Shown here in pieces: positions 50,027-58,465 of a stretch of 64,000 nt of DNA; the stretch's first letter is position 1; each line of letters opens with the position of its first letter. Under the pieces are notes generated by a model. That model saw only the letters and a program-made list of their open reading frames with translations. It was not told the origin of the DNA and made no database searches. The stretch spans positions 10,595 through 74,594 of the forward strand of contig JAOAAK010000015.1 of the NCBI GenBank assembly GCA_026418905.1, in the 5' to 3' direction. The position numbers and the translations under genes were made by a program. The stretch is from Bacteroidales bacterium. Its GTDB lineage: Bacteria; Bacteroidota; Bacteroidia; Bacteroidales; DTU049.

Positions 50027-50578
50027 ATAGCACCACAAGTACCAACAGGAAAAAATAAAAAAATTCACAGATTAGAAGATGAATATAGAATCAATGAGGA
50101 AATAAAAGCACCAGAGGTGAGACTTGTAGGAGATAATGTTCAGAATGGAATTTACCCTATTAAAGAAGCTCTAAGAATAGCAGATGAGTTAGGCTTGGAT
50201 CTTATAGAGATTGCTCCACAAGCTAATCCTCCAGTATGCAAAATACAAGATTTCAGTAAATTCATTTATGAAAAAAAGCGTAAGCTCAAGGAACAAAAAG
50301 CTAAAACTGTTCAGGTTACTGTTAAAGAAATACGACTTTCTCCTAATATTGATGACCATGATTTCGAATTTAAACTTAAGCATGCCATCAACTTTTTAAA
50401 GGAAGGAAATAAAGTGAAAGTGGATGTCTTTTTCAAGGGAAGAACTATTTTATATCAAGATCGTGGTGAAATGATTTTGCTTAAATTTGCAGACGCTTTA
50501 TCCGAATATGGAAAAGTAGAAAGTCTTCCAAAATTGGAAGGAAAAAGAATGATCATGATTATTGCACCCAGAAAATAA
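50027..50578 (+). CDS. infC: Translation initiation factor IF-3, non-AUG (ATA) start
   Basis: The conserved IF-3 N-terminus YRINEEIKAPEVRLVG lies upstream of the track's GTG (50117). The frame is open back to TAG at 50012-50014 with no ATG/GTG/TTG in between. AGGAGG at 50013-50018 sits 8 nt before ATA 50027; ATT at 50063 is the alternative. Confidence 0.85.
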   Translation: MAPQVPTGKNKKIHRLEDEYRINEEIKAPEVRLVGDNVQNGIYPIKEALRIADELGLDLIEIAPQANPPVCKIQDFSKFIYEKKRKLKEQKAKTVQVTVKEIRLSPNIDDHDFEFKLKHAINFLKEGNKVKVDVFFKGRTILYQDRGEMILLKFADALSEYGKVESLPKLEGKRMIMIIAPRK

Positions 50579-50590
50579 AAACGAACTGAT

Positions 50591-50785
50591 ATGCCCAAAT
50601 TAAAAGTAAAGTCAAGTGCTAAGAAACGTTTTAAAATTACAGGTACAGGAAAGATTATGCGCAAGCATGCTTTTAAAAGTCACATCCTGACCAAAAAAGA
50701 AAAGAAAAGAAAAAGGAATTTGACGTATTTTACGGTTGTGGATAAAGCTAATATTCCTGCCGTAAAAGACATGTTGTTAATGTAA
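50591..50785 (+). CDS. rpmI: 50S ribosomal protein L35
   Basis: [22 protein letters not shown]. Confidence 0.95.
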   Translation: MPKLKVKSSAKKRFKITGTGKIMRKHAFKSHILTKKEKKRKRNLTYFTVVDKANIPAVKDMLLM

Positions 50786-50789
50786 AACC

Positions 50790-50830
50790 ATGTTTCGGCT
50801 CCAAAAGTGTTCACTAGAACCGCCGAACAT
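50790..50830 (+). promoter_or_regulatory. Stem-loop immediately upstream of the rplT Shine-Dalgarno (possible translational control element)
   Basis: ATGTTTCGGC ... GCCGAACAT forms 9 bp with one bulged T and a 22-nt loop. It is followed by AGGAGG at 50839-50844, 8 nt before the rplT ATG. Confidence 0.35.
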
Positions 50831-50852
50831 CAAATGAAAGGAGGAAAAAGCT

Positions 50853-51197
50853 ATGCCAAGGGCAGTTAATCATGTAGCATCGAGGGAAAGAAGAAAAAAA
50901 ATTCTTAAGCGTACCCGTGGATATTGGGGAAGAAATAAGAACGTCTGGACAGTTGCAAGGAACCGTTGGGAAAAAGGCCTTACTTATGCTTATCGCGACC
51001 GAAAAACAAAAAAACATAATTTTCGACGATTGTGGATTGTTCGTATTAATGCAGGTGTTAGACCCTTTGGTCTTTCTTATTCCGAATTTATGGGTAAACT
51101 TCAAAAAGCTCAAATTCAACTCAATCGAAAAGTATTGGCTGACCTAGCCATGAATGAACCTGAAACATTTAAAGCCGTTGTCGAAGCTGTAAAATAA
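50853..51197 (+). CDS. rplT: 50S ribosomal protein L20
   Basis: [26 protein letters not shown]. Confidence 0.95.
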   Translation: MPRAVNHVASRERRKKILKRTRGYWGRNKNVWTVARNRWEKGLTYAYRDRKTKKHNFRRLWIVRINAGVRPFGLSYSEFMGKLQKAQIQLNRKVLADLAMNEPETFKAVVEAVK

Positions 51198-51214
51198 ATG
51201 TAAATTTTAAATTT

Positions 51215-51265
51215 ATATAAGCATAAAGCCTAGAAAAAGTGGGTTTTATGCTTATAAGTTTTTTT
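51215..51265 (+). terminator. Rho-independent terminator of the thrS-infC-rpmI-rplT cluster
   Basis: Stem ATAAGCATAAA / TTTATGCTTAT (11 bp) with a ~17-nt loop, followed by AAGTTTTTTT. Confidence 0.7.
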
Positions 51266-51728
51266 CATGAAAATTATTAGTTTTCCCTCACTCGTATATC
51301 AAAAGATATTTCAATAATTAGAACCAGTGAATAAATAAAAAGAAACTTCAATTTTATAGTGCTTGGCAATTCAATACAATTACTACCAGTAGGATAGTAC
51401 AACAATCATTTTAACGACGATTAAGAAAAGAATGCACCACACCCCCAGAAGAATATATTCCACTCACTAAAATACTGCTCTACTGTCGCACAAAAGATAA
51501 TATCTTATCTCGACTACGCCCTAACTTTTGCCCATTGCGTATTCATAGAGCATTAATTTTTCATATCTCTATATTTCACCGAAAAAAGATCAACAAAGCT
51601 GAGAGTTTATATAAAAATGAAATGAATGACTCAAGATGCTAAAGGACTGTTGCTAATACCTTAAAAAGGTTATTTTTTATTTTACAAATAACTATACTCT
51701 TTTTCTATATCTCAAAAGAAGTTTTTGG

Positions 51729-51736
51729 TATATTTG
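51729..51736 (+). promoter_or_regulatory. Bacteroidota -7 promoter box (TATATTTG) for the GT2-DedA operon
   Basis: Perfect TAnnTTTG 18 nt upstream of the ATG at 51755. Confidence 0.45.
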
Positions 51737-51754
51737 TCTTTGTTGAGTACTCAC

Positions 51755-52501
51755 ATGATACTTGGGAAAAAAGTTATTGTAGTCATGCCTGCTTATAATG
51801 CTGAAAAAACATTACAACTCACTTATGCTGAAATTCCACACGACATGGTGGATGAAGTCATCCTTGTGGATGATGCTAGTCAGGATAGAACCATCGAGGT
51901 GGCTCACAACTTGGGCATTCGACATATTATTCGCCATGAAAAAAACAAGGGATATGGAGGGAATCAGAAGACTTGTTACGACAGGGCTCTTGAATTAGGC
52001 GCGGATATTATTGTCATGCTTCACCCTGATTACCAATATACGCCCAAACTTATACCCAGCATGATATATACGATAGCCCAGGGAGTTTATCCAGTTGTTT
52101 TTGGATCACGTATACTCGGAAACGGTGCCTTAAAAGGGGGTATGCCTTTATACAAATACGTTTTTAATCGCCTTCTTACATGGATTCAAAATCTGATTAT
52201 GGGGAAAAAACTTTCTGAATATCATACCGGTTTTCGTGCTTACTCGGCAGAGGTACTCAAAAAAATACCATACCATCTCAACAGCGATGATTTCGTATTC
52301 GATAATCAAATTATTGCTCAAATTTTCATGGCCGGATATGATATTGCAGAAATAACTTGCCCGACTTATTACTTTCCTGATGCTTCCAGTATAAATTTCT
52401 CAAGAAGTGTCCGTTATGGTCTGGGTGTGCTTAAAACTGCGATACAGTATAGACTTCATAAGTGGAAATTAGTTAAGATCTCCTATTTGCAGATTAAATA
52501 A
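51755..52501 (+). CDS. Glycosyltransferase family 2 (polyprenol-phosphate glycosyltransferase-like)
   Basis: VVMPAYNAEKT and LVDDASQDRT (DXD region). I prefer the ATG at 51755 over the track start at 51725. Confidence 0.85.
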   Translation: MILGKKVIVVMPAYNAEKTLQLTYAEIPHDMVDEVILVDDASQDRTIEVAHNLGIRHIIRHEKNKGYGGNQKTCYDRALELGADIIVMLHPDYQYTPKLIPSMIYTIAQGVYPVVFGSRILGNGALKGGMPLYKYVFNRLLTWIQNLIMGKKLSEYHTGFRAYSAEVLKKIPYHLNSDDFVFDNQIIAQIFMAGYDIAEITCPTYYFPDASSINFSRSVRYGLGVLKTAIQYRLHKWKLVKISYLQIK

Positions 52502-52521
52502 AACTTATTTTTGCAAGAAAA

Positions 52522-53148
52522 ATGGGAATTACCGAGTGGATTGTAGGTGTTGCAGTGCATTTGATTTCTGTCACAGGCTACGTAGGAGTATTTGTTTTAA
52601 TGGCGATGGAAAGTATGTTTTTTCCTGTCCCGAGCGAAGCTGTTATGCCATTTGCTGGTTTCAACATCTCGGACGGAACGATGCACTGGTGGGGGGTTTT
52701 GGTTGCTTCAACCTTAGGAAGTATTGTTGGGTCATCCTTAAGTTATGCTATTGGCTATTGGGGTGGAATTCCTCTTGTTAAAAAATACGGACGATATTTT
52801 CTGATTGAAGAAAAACACCTCCAACTCACCGAAAGGTTTTTTCAAAAATATGGTGCTATAACCATTTTTGTCTGTCGTTTTATTCCCGTCATTAGGCATG
52901 TGGTTTCCATCCCTGCTGGAACGGGCAAGATGAATTTTCTTACTTTTATTATCATGACCGCTATTGGTGCAACCATGTGGAATATGTTCTTGGCATGGGC
53001 AGGCTTTGAATTGCGCCAGCGCTGGTCTGAAATTATGCATTACAGCCACATCGTCGATCTTATCGTTCTTGCTGTCATTCTTTTAATCATCGCCTACTAT
53101 GCGTACAAAATTGTAAAATCATACACGAAAAAATCATATGGAAATTAG
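52522..53148 (+). CDS. DedA family membrane protein
   Basis: DedA/SNARE-associated signature VFVLMAMESMFFPVPSEAVMPFAGF...RFIPVIRHVVSIPAG. Confidence 0.9.
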   Translation: MGITEWIVGVAVHLISVTGYVGVFVLMAMESMFFPVPSEAVMPFAGFNISDGTMHWWGVLVASTLGSIVGSSLSYAIGYWGGIPLVKKYGRYFLIEEKHLQLTERFFQKYGAITIFVCRFIPVIRHVVSIPAGTGKMNFLTFIIMTAIGATMWNMFLAWAGFELRQRWSEIMHYSHIVDLIVLAVILLIIAYYAYKIVKSYTKKSYGN

Positions 53149-53395
53149 CATTGAAATTTCTTATTATCCTCTTTCTGATAAATTTCTTGAAAGAATAGAA
53201 AACTTTATCCGAGCATTAAAAAAGTACCCCCACATTAAAACTGTAACTAATGGCATGAGTACTCAAATTTTTGGAAATTATGAAGAAGTCATGAACATAA
53301 TTACGGTTGAACTTAAGAGAGCTATGAAAGAACCTCATGCTGTTTTTGTTATGAAAGTCATCAACGCGCGATGCGATAGTTATCCAAACATATGA
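53138..53395 (+). CDS. YkoF/MTH1187-like (DUF77, thiamine/HMP-binding fold) small protein
   Basis: 85 aa. The pattern ISIEISYYPL...GMSTQIFGNYEEVMNII...VFVMKV resembles the Thiamine_BP/YkoF family. It overlaps both neighbours. Confidence 0.55.
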   Translation: MEISIEISYYPLSDKFLERIENFIRALKKYPHIKTVTNGMSTQIFGNYEEVMNIITVELKRAMKEPHAVFVMKVINARCDSYPNI

Positions 53396-53991
53396 ATTAT
53401 CTTCATGAAAACTGGTTTGAAATCGTCGCTGCTCTATTAGGTTTTGTTTCGATCTATCTTCAAATCAAACAACATCGCCTATACTGGCCTGTAAGTCTCG
53501 TTATGGTCATCATGTACATCGTAGTCTACATTCAAGCAAAACTTTTTGCTAATATGCTTTTACAGTGTTATTACGCAGGAGTTTCTGTTTATGGTTGGTA
53601 TTATTGGTGGAGAGGAAATCCTAATAACAAGAATTCCTCCGTTCCTGCTAGTTGGATATCTAAAAAAGATTTAATCTTTTATGGTTTGTTCGCTGCGGGG
53701 ACTTTTATAGCCTTAATTTATTTTCTTAATTACCATACCATCAGTGATGTTCCCTACTTAGATGCACTGACTACTGCTTTGAGTTTTACTGCTACATGGA
53801 TGTTAGCTAGAAAAAAAATTGAAAATTGGCTTGTTTGGATTGTGGCGGATCTTATTTATGTTGGATTATATTTCTACAAAGGATTGTATCCAACCATGAT
53901 CCTTTTCATGGCATTATGCATATTAGCTGTAGTTGGATATTGGACGTGGGTTAGAGACTTAAAATTATCCCATGAAGAAAAAAAACATTAA
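53392..53991 (+). CDS. pnuC: PnuC-family nicotinamide riboside (or related vitamin) transporter
   Basis: Polytopic membrane protein with PnuC motifs (NWFEIVAALLGFVSIYLQIKQ...YGWYYWW...WLVWIVADLIYVGLY). Confidence 0.85.
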   Translation: MNYLHENWFEIVAALLGFVSIYLQIKQHRLYWPVSLVMVIMYIVVYIQAKLFANMLLQCYYAGVSVYGWYYWWRGNPNNKNSSVPASWISKKDLIFYGLFAAGTFIALIYFLNYHTISDVPYLDALTTALSFTATWMLARKKIENWLVWIVADLIYVGLYFYKGLYPTMILFMALCILAVVGYWTWVRDLKLSHEEKKH

Positions 53992-54514
53992 GATAGCTAT
54001 TACAGGTCCCGAAAGTACTGGAAAAACATCACTTGCCCAACAATTGGCAGAATACTATCGTACAATATGGGTACCTGAATTTGCACGTGAATACCTGGAC
54101 CGCCTCCAACGCCCTTATCAATACGAAGATATCCTTTACATTGCCCAACAGCAAATGAAGTTAGAAGATGAAGCTACCCTCAAAGCACCTCTTGTTTTTC
54201 TTGATACTGAGCTACTTGTAACGAAAATTTGGTGTGAATTTAAATATGGAAAATGCCATCAGTGGATCTTAGAAGAAATAAAAAAAAGAACATACGATCT
54301 CGTTTTATTGTGTTACATCGATATCCCGTGGGAATACGATCCGCAGCGAGAACACCCTCAACAACGAGAAGAACTATGGAATCTATATTACCATCAGATC
54401 TTTGAATACTACGAATCAGTTGAAATCATTCAAGGGCTCGGTTATGATCGTTTGCTTAATGCAATCCATGCTATCAGTAAAAGAATTCCTATGCTTACTA
54501 AATCGAATCGATAA
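53972..54514 (+). CDS. P-loop kinase resembling the ribosylnicotinamide kinase domain of NadR
   Basis: Walker A ITGPESTGKTSL plus VPEFAREYL and LLCYIDIPWEYDPQRE, as in NadR RNK domains. Overlaps the pnuC end by 20 nt. Confidence 0.75.
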   Translation: MKKKNIKIAITGPESTGKTSLAQQLAEYYRTIWVPEFAREYLDRLQRPYQYEDILYIAQQQMKLEDEATLKAPLVFLDTELLVTKIWCEFKYGKCHQWILEEIKKRTYDLVLLCYIDIPWEYDPQREHPQQREELWNLYYHQIFEYYESVEIIQGLGYDRLLNAIHAISKRIPMLTKSNR

Positions 54515-54551
54515 TTTAAAACATGTTTCGTGTTTGTGCTTGAAAAAAAAC

Positions 54552-54559
54552 TATCTTTG
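54552..54559 (+). promoter_or_regulatory. Bacteroidota -7 promoter box (TATCTTTG) for gap
   Basis: Perfect TAnnTTTG 24 nt upstream of the ATG at 54584. Confidence 0.45.
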
Positions 54560-54583
54560 TGTGACAATAAAGACATCAGCCTT

Positions 54584-55597
54584 ATGAAGAAAAAAATAGC
54601 CATTAATGGTTTTGGTCGTATCGGGAGAATGTTGTATCGTGCCTTTGAGCGTTTTCCCGAAGATATTGAAGTGGTACTTATCAACGATCTGACAGAACCA
54701 AAGGTTTTAGCTCATTTAATGAAATATGATTCTGTTCACGGAAAATATCATGGAAAAATTGAATATGATGAGCAACACCTTATCTTAAATGACAAGAAAA
54801 TTCCCGTCTTTGCTAAGAAAGACCCTGCAGAAATTCCTCATAAAGATTACGGTGTAGAAATAGTTGCAGAATGCACAGGTAAATTCAGAAAACGAGCTGA
54901 CTTGGAAAAACACATAAAAGCTGGTGCTCAAAAAGTTGCACTAAGTGTTCCATCCGACAAAAAAGAAGATGTCGACGTTACTATTGTTTTAGGTGTGAAC
55001 GATCACATGTTACTTCCCTCTCATATTTTCGTAAGCAATGCCAGCTGTACAACCAATTGTCTTGCTCCTGTCGTGAAAGTACTTCATGAAAATTTTGGAA
55101 TTGAACATGGATTTATGAATACAATTCATGCATACACGAATGATCAAATTATTTTAGATGCTCCTCATAAAGATTTAAGAAGAGCTAGAGCTGCCGGGCT
55201 TTCTATTATACCTACAAGTACTGGAGCAGCTAAGGCCATTGGGCTAGTAATTCCTGAGTTAGCTGGCAAGTTGGATGGAATCAGTATGCGCGTACCTGTG
55301 CCAGATGGTTCCGTAGTAGACCTGACAGCCACTCTTAAAAAAACCACTACAAAAGAAGAAATTAACGCTGCTATGAAATATGCAGCCGAAAATGAACTTA
55401 AAAATATTTTACAGTACGTAGAAGATCCACTCGTAAGTGTCGACATCATAGGCAACCCCCACTCTTCTATATTTGATGCTTTACTTACTCAGGTGATCGA
55501 CGGAAAAATCGTTAAAGTCATAGCATGGTACGACAACGAGTGGGGTTATTCTAATCGATTAGCTGAACTCATTGTCAAAATGTCCAAGTTATCATGA
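54584..55597 (+). CDS. gap: Type I glyceraldehyde-3-phosphate dehydrogenase
   Basis: INGFGRIGR, catalytic NASCTTNCLAP and WYDNEWGYS. I prefer the ATG at 54584 over the track start at 54530. Confidence 0.95.
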   Translation: MKKKIAINGFGRIGRMLYRAFERFPEDIEVVLINDLTEPKVLAHLMKYDSVHGKYHGKIEYDEQHLILNDKKIPVFAKKDPAEIPHKDYGVEIVAECTGKFRKRADLEKHIKAGAQKVALSVPSDKKEDVDVTIVLGVNDHMLLPSHIFVSNASCTTNCLAPVVKVLHENFGIEHGFMNTIHAYTNDQIILDAPHKDLRRARAAGLSIIPTSTGAAKAIGLVIPELAGKLDGISMRVPVPDGSVVDLTATLKKTTTKEEINAAMKYAAENELKNILQYVEDPLVSVDIIGNPHSSIFDALLTQVIDGKIVKVIAWYDNEWGYSNRLAELIVKMSKLS

Positions 55598-55788
55598 TGC
55601 CCAAAATACTTATACTTCTGCTTATTTCTATTATTTTTCTTGCTGCAGCTTTTCTCTTTTTTGCAGTTAAGGTAATTTTCAAAAAAAATGGAGAATTTAG
55701 AAAATATTGTGCATCTTCGCTAAGTAAGGATGGCAAACCTATTCCTTGCCAGTGCGACGGACAAACAGAACATTGCCACCATGTCTGA
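55594..55788 (+). CDS. Small single-pass membrane protein with Cys/His-rich tail (NqrM-like pattern, uncertain)
   Basis: Its ATG overlaps the gap stop (ATGA) and its stop overlaps the next gene's ATG. A TM helix (ILILLLISIIFLAAAFLFFAV) is followed by C-x12-C-x-C-x6-C-H-H. Confidence 0.5.
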   Translation: MMPKILILLLISIIFLAAAFLFFAVKVIFKKNGEFRKYCASSLSKDGKPIPCQCDGQTEHCHHV

Positions 55789-56209
55789 ATTTATTTACAT
55801 TACTCGACGCGAAAGCTTTAATGCAGCTCATAGGCTTTTCAGAGAAGATCTCACCAATGAAGAAAATGAAAGAATTTTTGGTAAATGTTCAAATCCTTTG
55901 TGGCATGGACATAACTACACTTTATACGTAACAGTAAAGGGGAAAATTGATCCTAAAACTGGTATGCTAATGAATCTTAAAGACTTATCTCAACTCATCA
56001 GAGAAGAAGTTATTGAAAAAATCGATCACAAAAACATGAATCTAGAAGTACCATTTATGATGGGAAAACTTGCTTCGACAGAAAATTTAGCTATAGCAAT
56101 TTGGAAGACTTTAAAATGTGCTTTAGAAAAAAAATACCCAAATGTAATGCTTCATAGCATAAAATTATTTGAAACGGAAAATAATGTAGTTGAATATTTT
56201 GGTGAATAA
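55781..56209 (+). CDS. 6-pyruvoyl-tetrahydropterin synthase / QueD family protein
   Basis: [11 protein letters not shown] and the active-site [11 protein letters not shown] (C-x5-HGH, PTPS-like spacing). I prefer the ATG at 55781. Confidence 0.85.
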   Translation: MSEFIYITRRESFNAAHRLFREDLTNEENERIFGKCSNPLWHGHNYTLYVTVKGKIDPKTGMLMNLKDLSQLIREEVIEKIDHKNMNLEVPFMMGKLASTENLAIAIWKTLKCALEKKYPNVMLHSIKLFETENNVVEYFGE

Positions 56210-56220
56210 ATAGCAATCGT

Positions 56221-56865
56221 ATGAGTCCTGCTATGAAACATGAAAACCTTCTAGACAATTTTGTGGAAGGTTATACACGTATCGATCAATACGATGAAGA
56301 AACCATCGAGAAATTGAGTTTTCATTACAAAGAAATTTTAAGACTTATTGGGGAGGATCCAGAAAGAGAAGGTTTGCGTCGGACGCCTGAACGTGTTGCT
56401 AAAGCTTTGCAATTTTTAACTCACGGCTACTACGCCAATCCCGAACAAATCCTCAAATCGGCAATGTTTAGAGAGGATTACCGTGAAATGGTAATTGTAA
56501 AAGACATAGAAATTTATAGCATGTGCGAACATCACATGTTACCATTTTTCGGTAAAGCCCACGTAGCTTACATTCCAAATGGATATCTGGTAGGTCTCAG
56601 CAAAATCCCTCGTGTTGTTGATGCTTTTGCTAGAAGGTTACAAGTACAAGAAAGACTTACAACACAAATAAAGGACTGTATCCAGAAAACACTTAATCCT
56701 CTTGGCGTAGCTGTGGTTATTGAAGCTCATCATCTTTGTATGATGATGCGAGGCATTCAAAAACAAAACAGTGTTACGACTACTTCTGACTTTACCGGTG
56801 CCTTCAAAAGGGCTGAAACCCGTGCTGAATTCATGCACCTGATTGGGGTCAACTTACATCATTAA
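56221..56865 (+). CDS. folE: GTP cyclohydrolase I
   Basis: [14 protein letters not shown] and CEHHMLPF motifs. Confidence 0.95.
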   Translation: MSPAMKHENLLDNFVEGYTRIDQYDEETIEKLSFHYKEILRLIGEDPEREGLRRTPERVAKALQFLTHGYYANPEQILKSAMFREDYREMVIVKDIEIYSMCEHHMLPFFGKAHVAYIPNGYLVGLSKIPRVVDAFARRLQVQERLTTQIKDCIQKTLNPLGVAVVIEAHHLCMMMRGIQKQNSVTTTSDFTGAFKRAETRAEFMHLIGVNLHH

Positions 56866-57742
56866 TCTTTGGTATAGGATCCACATGAACTGTTACTTCC
56901 ATGTCGTATTGCTGCTTTAGTTTATTTTCCAAATGATTAGCTACAGCATGAGCCTCATCCAAAGATATGTGTCCTTGAAGCCTGATGTGAAAAGTCAATT
57001 CCTTATGTTTCCCATAAGTGTGCAAATGAAAATGATGAGGGTAGACATTCTCTGGATAAACATCCGCTATAGTTTGCTTTAATTTTTCAAGTACTTGTTC
57101 TGGAATTTCTTCTCCGAGCAGCTTTTGTATAGATCTAGCTGTTATATCGTAGGAAACATAGAATAAAATTATTGCAATCATTGCACCCAGTACATTGTCT
57201 ATCCACCACACGTAACTTTGAAGAAAAATTCCAGCAAGGACGACGACCGAAGATAATGCATCACTCCTGTGATGCCATGCATCAGCTCTTACAGCTTCAT
57301 TATCTGTTTTACGAGCAACATAAAAAGTATACTGAGCCATGGCTTCTTTAGCAACAATTGAGAATATAGTTACAATGATAGCAGACAGTCCAAAATTAGC
57401 CTGTTCATGGTGTATCATCCTTTCGTAGCTAGTACGAAGAAAATCATAAGCAACAATGGAAAGAATGAAAGCAATGAAGATGCCAACGATATTTTCGAGT
57501 CGGCCAAATCCAAAGGGATATTTTTTAGTTGGGGGTCTGTTAGAAAAAAACAAACCTACCATTAAAACTATAGAAGATAGACTATCACTTAGTGTATGCC
57601 ATGCGTCAGAAACAAGAGCAACAGAGTAAGACTGCTTACCTACAATGAATTTTATGACAAACAAAAGAACATTAATAGTTATAGACAAAAAAGCTGCTCC
57701 TTGAGCGAGCTTATATCTTTTCTGCTGAAAATTTTGATCCAT
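56849..57742 (-). CDS. Cation diffusion facilitator (CDF) family metal transporter
   Basis: Six TM helices with HTLSDSLSS and HHRSDALSS motifs and a C-terminal cytoplasmic domain. The 3' end overlaps folE by 17 nt. Confidence 0.9.
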   Translation of the reverse strand: MDQNFQQKRYKLAQGAAFLSITINVLLFVIKFIVGKQSYSVALVSDAWHTLSDSLSSIVLMVGLFFSNRPPTKKYPFGFGRLENIVGIFIAFILSIVAYDFLRTSYERMIHHEQANFGLSAIIVTIFSIVAKEAMAQYTFYVARKTDNEAVRADAWHHRSDALSSVVVLAGIFLQSYVWWIDNVLGAMIAIILFYVSYDITARSIQKLLGEEIPEQVLEKLKQTIADVYPENVYPHHFHLHTYGKHKELTFHIRLQGHISLDEAHAVANHLENKLKQQYDMEVTVHVDPIPKINDVS

Positions 57743-57744
57743 TC

Positions 57745-58014
57745 TTAGGATCCTGCTTTTTCAATTTGCTTGACACTGACTATAGAGCGATCATTACGAG
57801 TCTTTTTAAAATAAACGATACCGTCCACGAGAGCAAATAATGTATGATCTTTACCCATTCCTACGTTTTCGCCCGGATAATGTTTTGTGCCTCGCTGTCG
57901 GACTATGATATTACCTGCTTTGGCAAATTGACCGCCGTAGATCTTTATACCTAACCGTTTGCTTTCAGATTCACGACCGTTCTGGGTACTTCCCATTCCT
58001 TTCTTGTGTGCCAT
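57745..58014 (-). CDS. rpmA: 50S ribosomal protein L27
   Basis: [22 protein letters not shown]. Confidence 0.95.
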   Translation of the reverse strand: MAHKKGMGSTQNGRESESKRLGIKIYGGQFAKAGNIIVRQRGTKHYPGENVGMGKDHTLFALVDGIVYFKKTRNDRSIVSVKQIEKAGS

Positions 58015-58025
58015 AACGCCCTATT

Positions 58026-58412
58026 TTATTCTGTTGAAGAAGATTCCTCTGATTTTCTTGTGGAATTTTTCTTTGTTGTTTCAACTACTATTTCTTTTTC
58101 ATTTTGCAAGAAAGAAATTATTTCAAGTTTTGTAAGGTATTGACGATGACCATTTAATTTCTTATAACCTTTACGCCGTTTCTTGTGAAAAACCAGTACT
58201 TTGTCTCCTTTTAAATGTTCAAGCACTCTTGCCCGAACAATGGTTTTCTCAACATAGGGTCTACCAATTTCAATTTCTTTATCTTTATTGAGCAAAAGAA
58301 CCTGAGGTATATCAACGATTTGACCTACTTCTGAATTCATTCGATTAACGTATAAAATAGAGGATGGAGCTACCCTATACTGAGTTCCTTCTAATTCAAT
58401 AATAGCAAACAT
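58026..58412 (-). CDS. rplU: 50S ribosomal protein L21 (with ~25-aa C-terminal extension)
   Basis: MFAIIELEGTQYRV...KKRRKGYKKLNGHRQ. Confidence 0.95.
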   Translation of the reverse strand: MFAIIELEGTQYRVAPSSILYVNRMNSEVGQIVDIPQVLLLNKDKEIEIGRPYVEKTIVRARVLEHLKGDKVLVFHKKRRKGYKKLNGHRQYLTKLEIISFLQNEKEIVVETTKKNSTRKSEESSSTE

Positions 58413-58436
58413 ATTCGCCTCGTTTTATAGGTTTGC

Positions 58437-58444
58437 AAAGTTAT
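58437..58444 (-). promoter_or_regulatory. Bacteroidota -7 promoter box (TAACTTTG) for rplU-rpmA
   Basis: Perfect TAnnTTTG on the minus strand, ~24 nt upstream of the rplU ATG. Confidence 0.45.
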
Positions 58445-58465
58445 AAAAAATTTAATAATCAAATA

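Noticed and set aside
50117-50119. GTG at 50117 as the infC start, as in the ORF track.
   Set aside because: It would delete the conserved YRINEEI..EVR N-terminal block that is encoded in frame upstream. See the infC finding.
50737-50745. Perfect DnaA-box-like 9-mer TGTGGATAA, a possible replication-origin signal.
   Set aside because: It is a single copy inside the rpmI coding sequence. There is no cluster of boxes, no AT-rich unwinding element and no dnaA/dnaN nearby.
51383-51463. 26-codon minus-strand ORF (GTG start) encoding a very hydrophobic peptide (VEYILLGVWCILFLIVVKMIVVLSYW) in the rplT-downstream gap, reminiscent of type I toxin peptides.
   Set aside because: It has a GTG start with no promoter box or SD, its length is well within chance expectation for AT-rich spacer DNA, and its hydrophobicity follows from the T-rich strand composition. 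It is kept only as a note under the gap finding.
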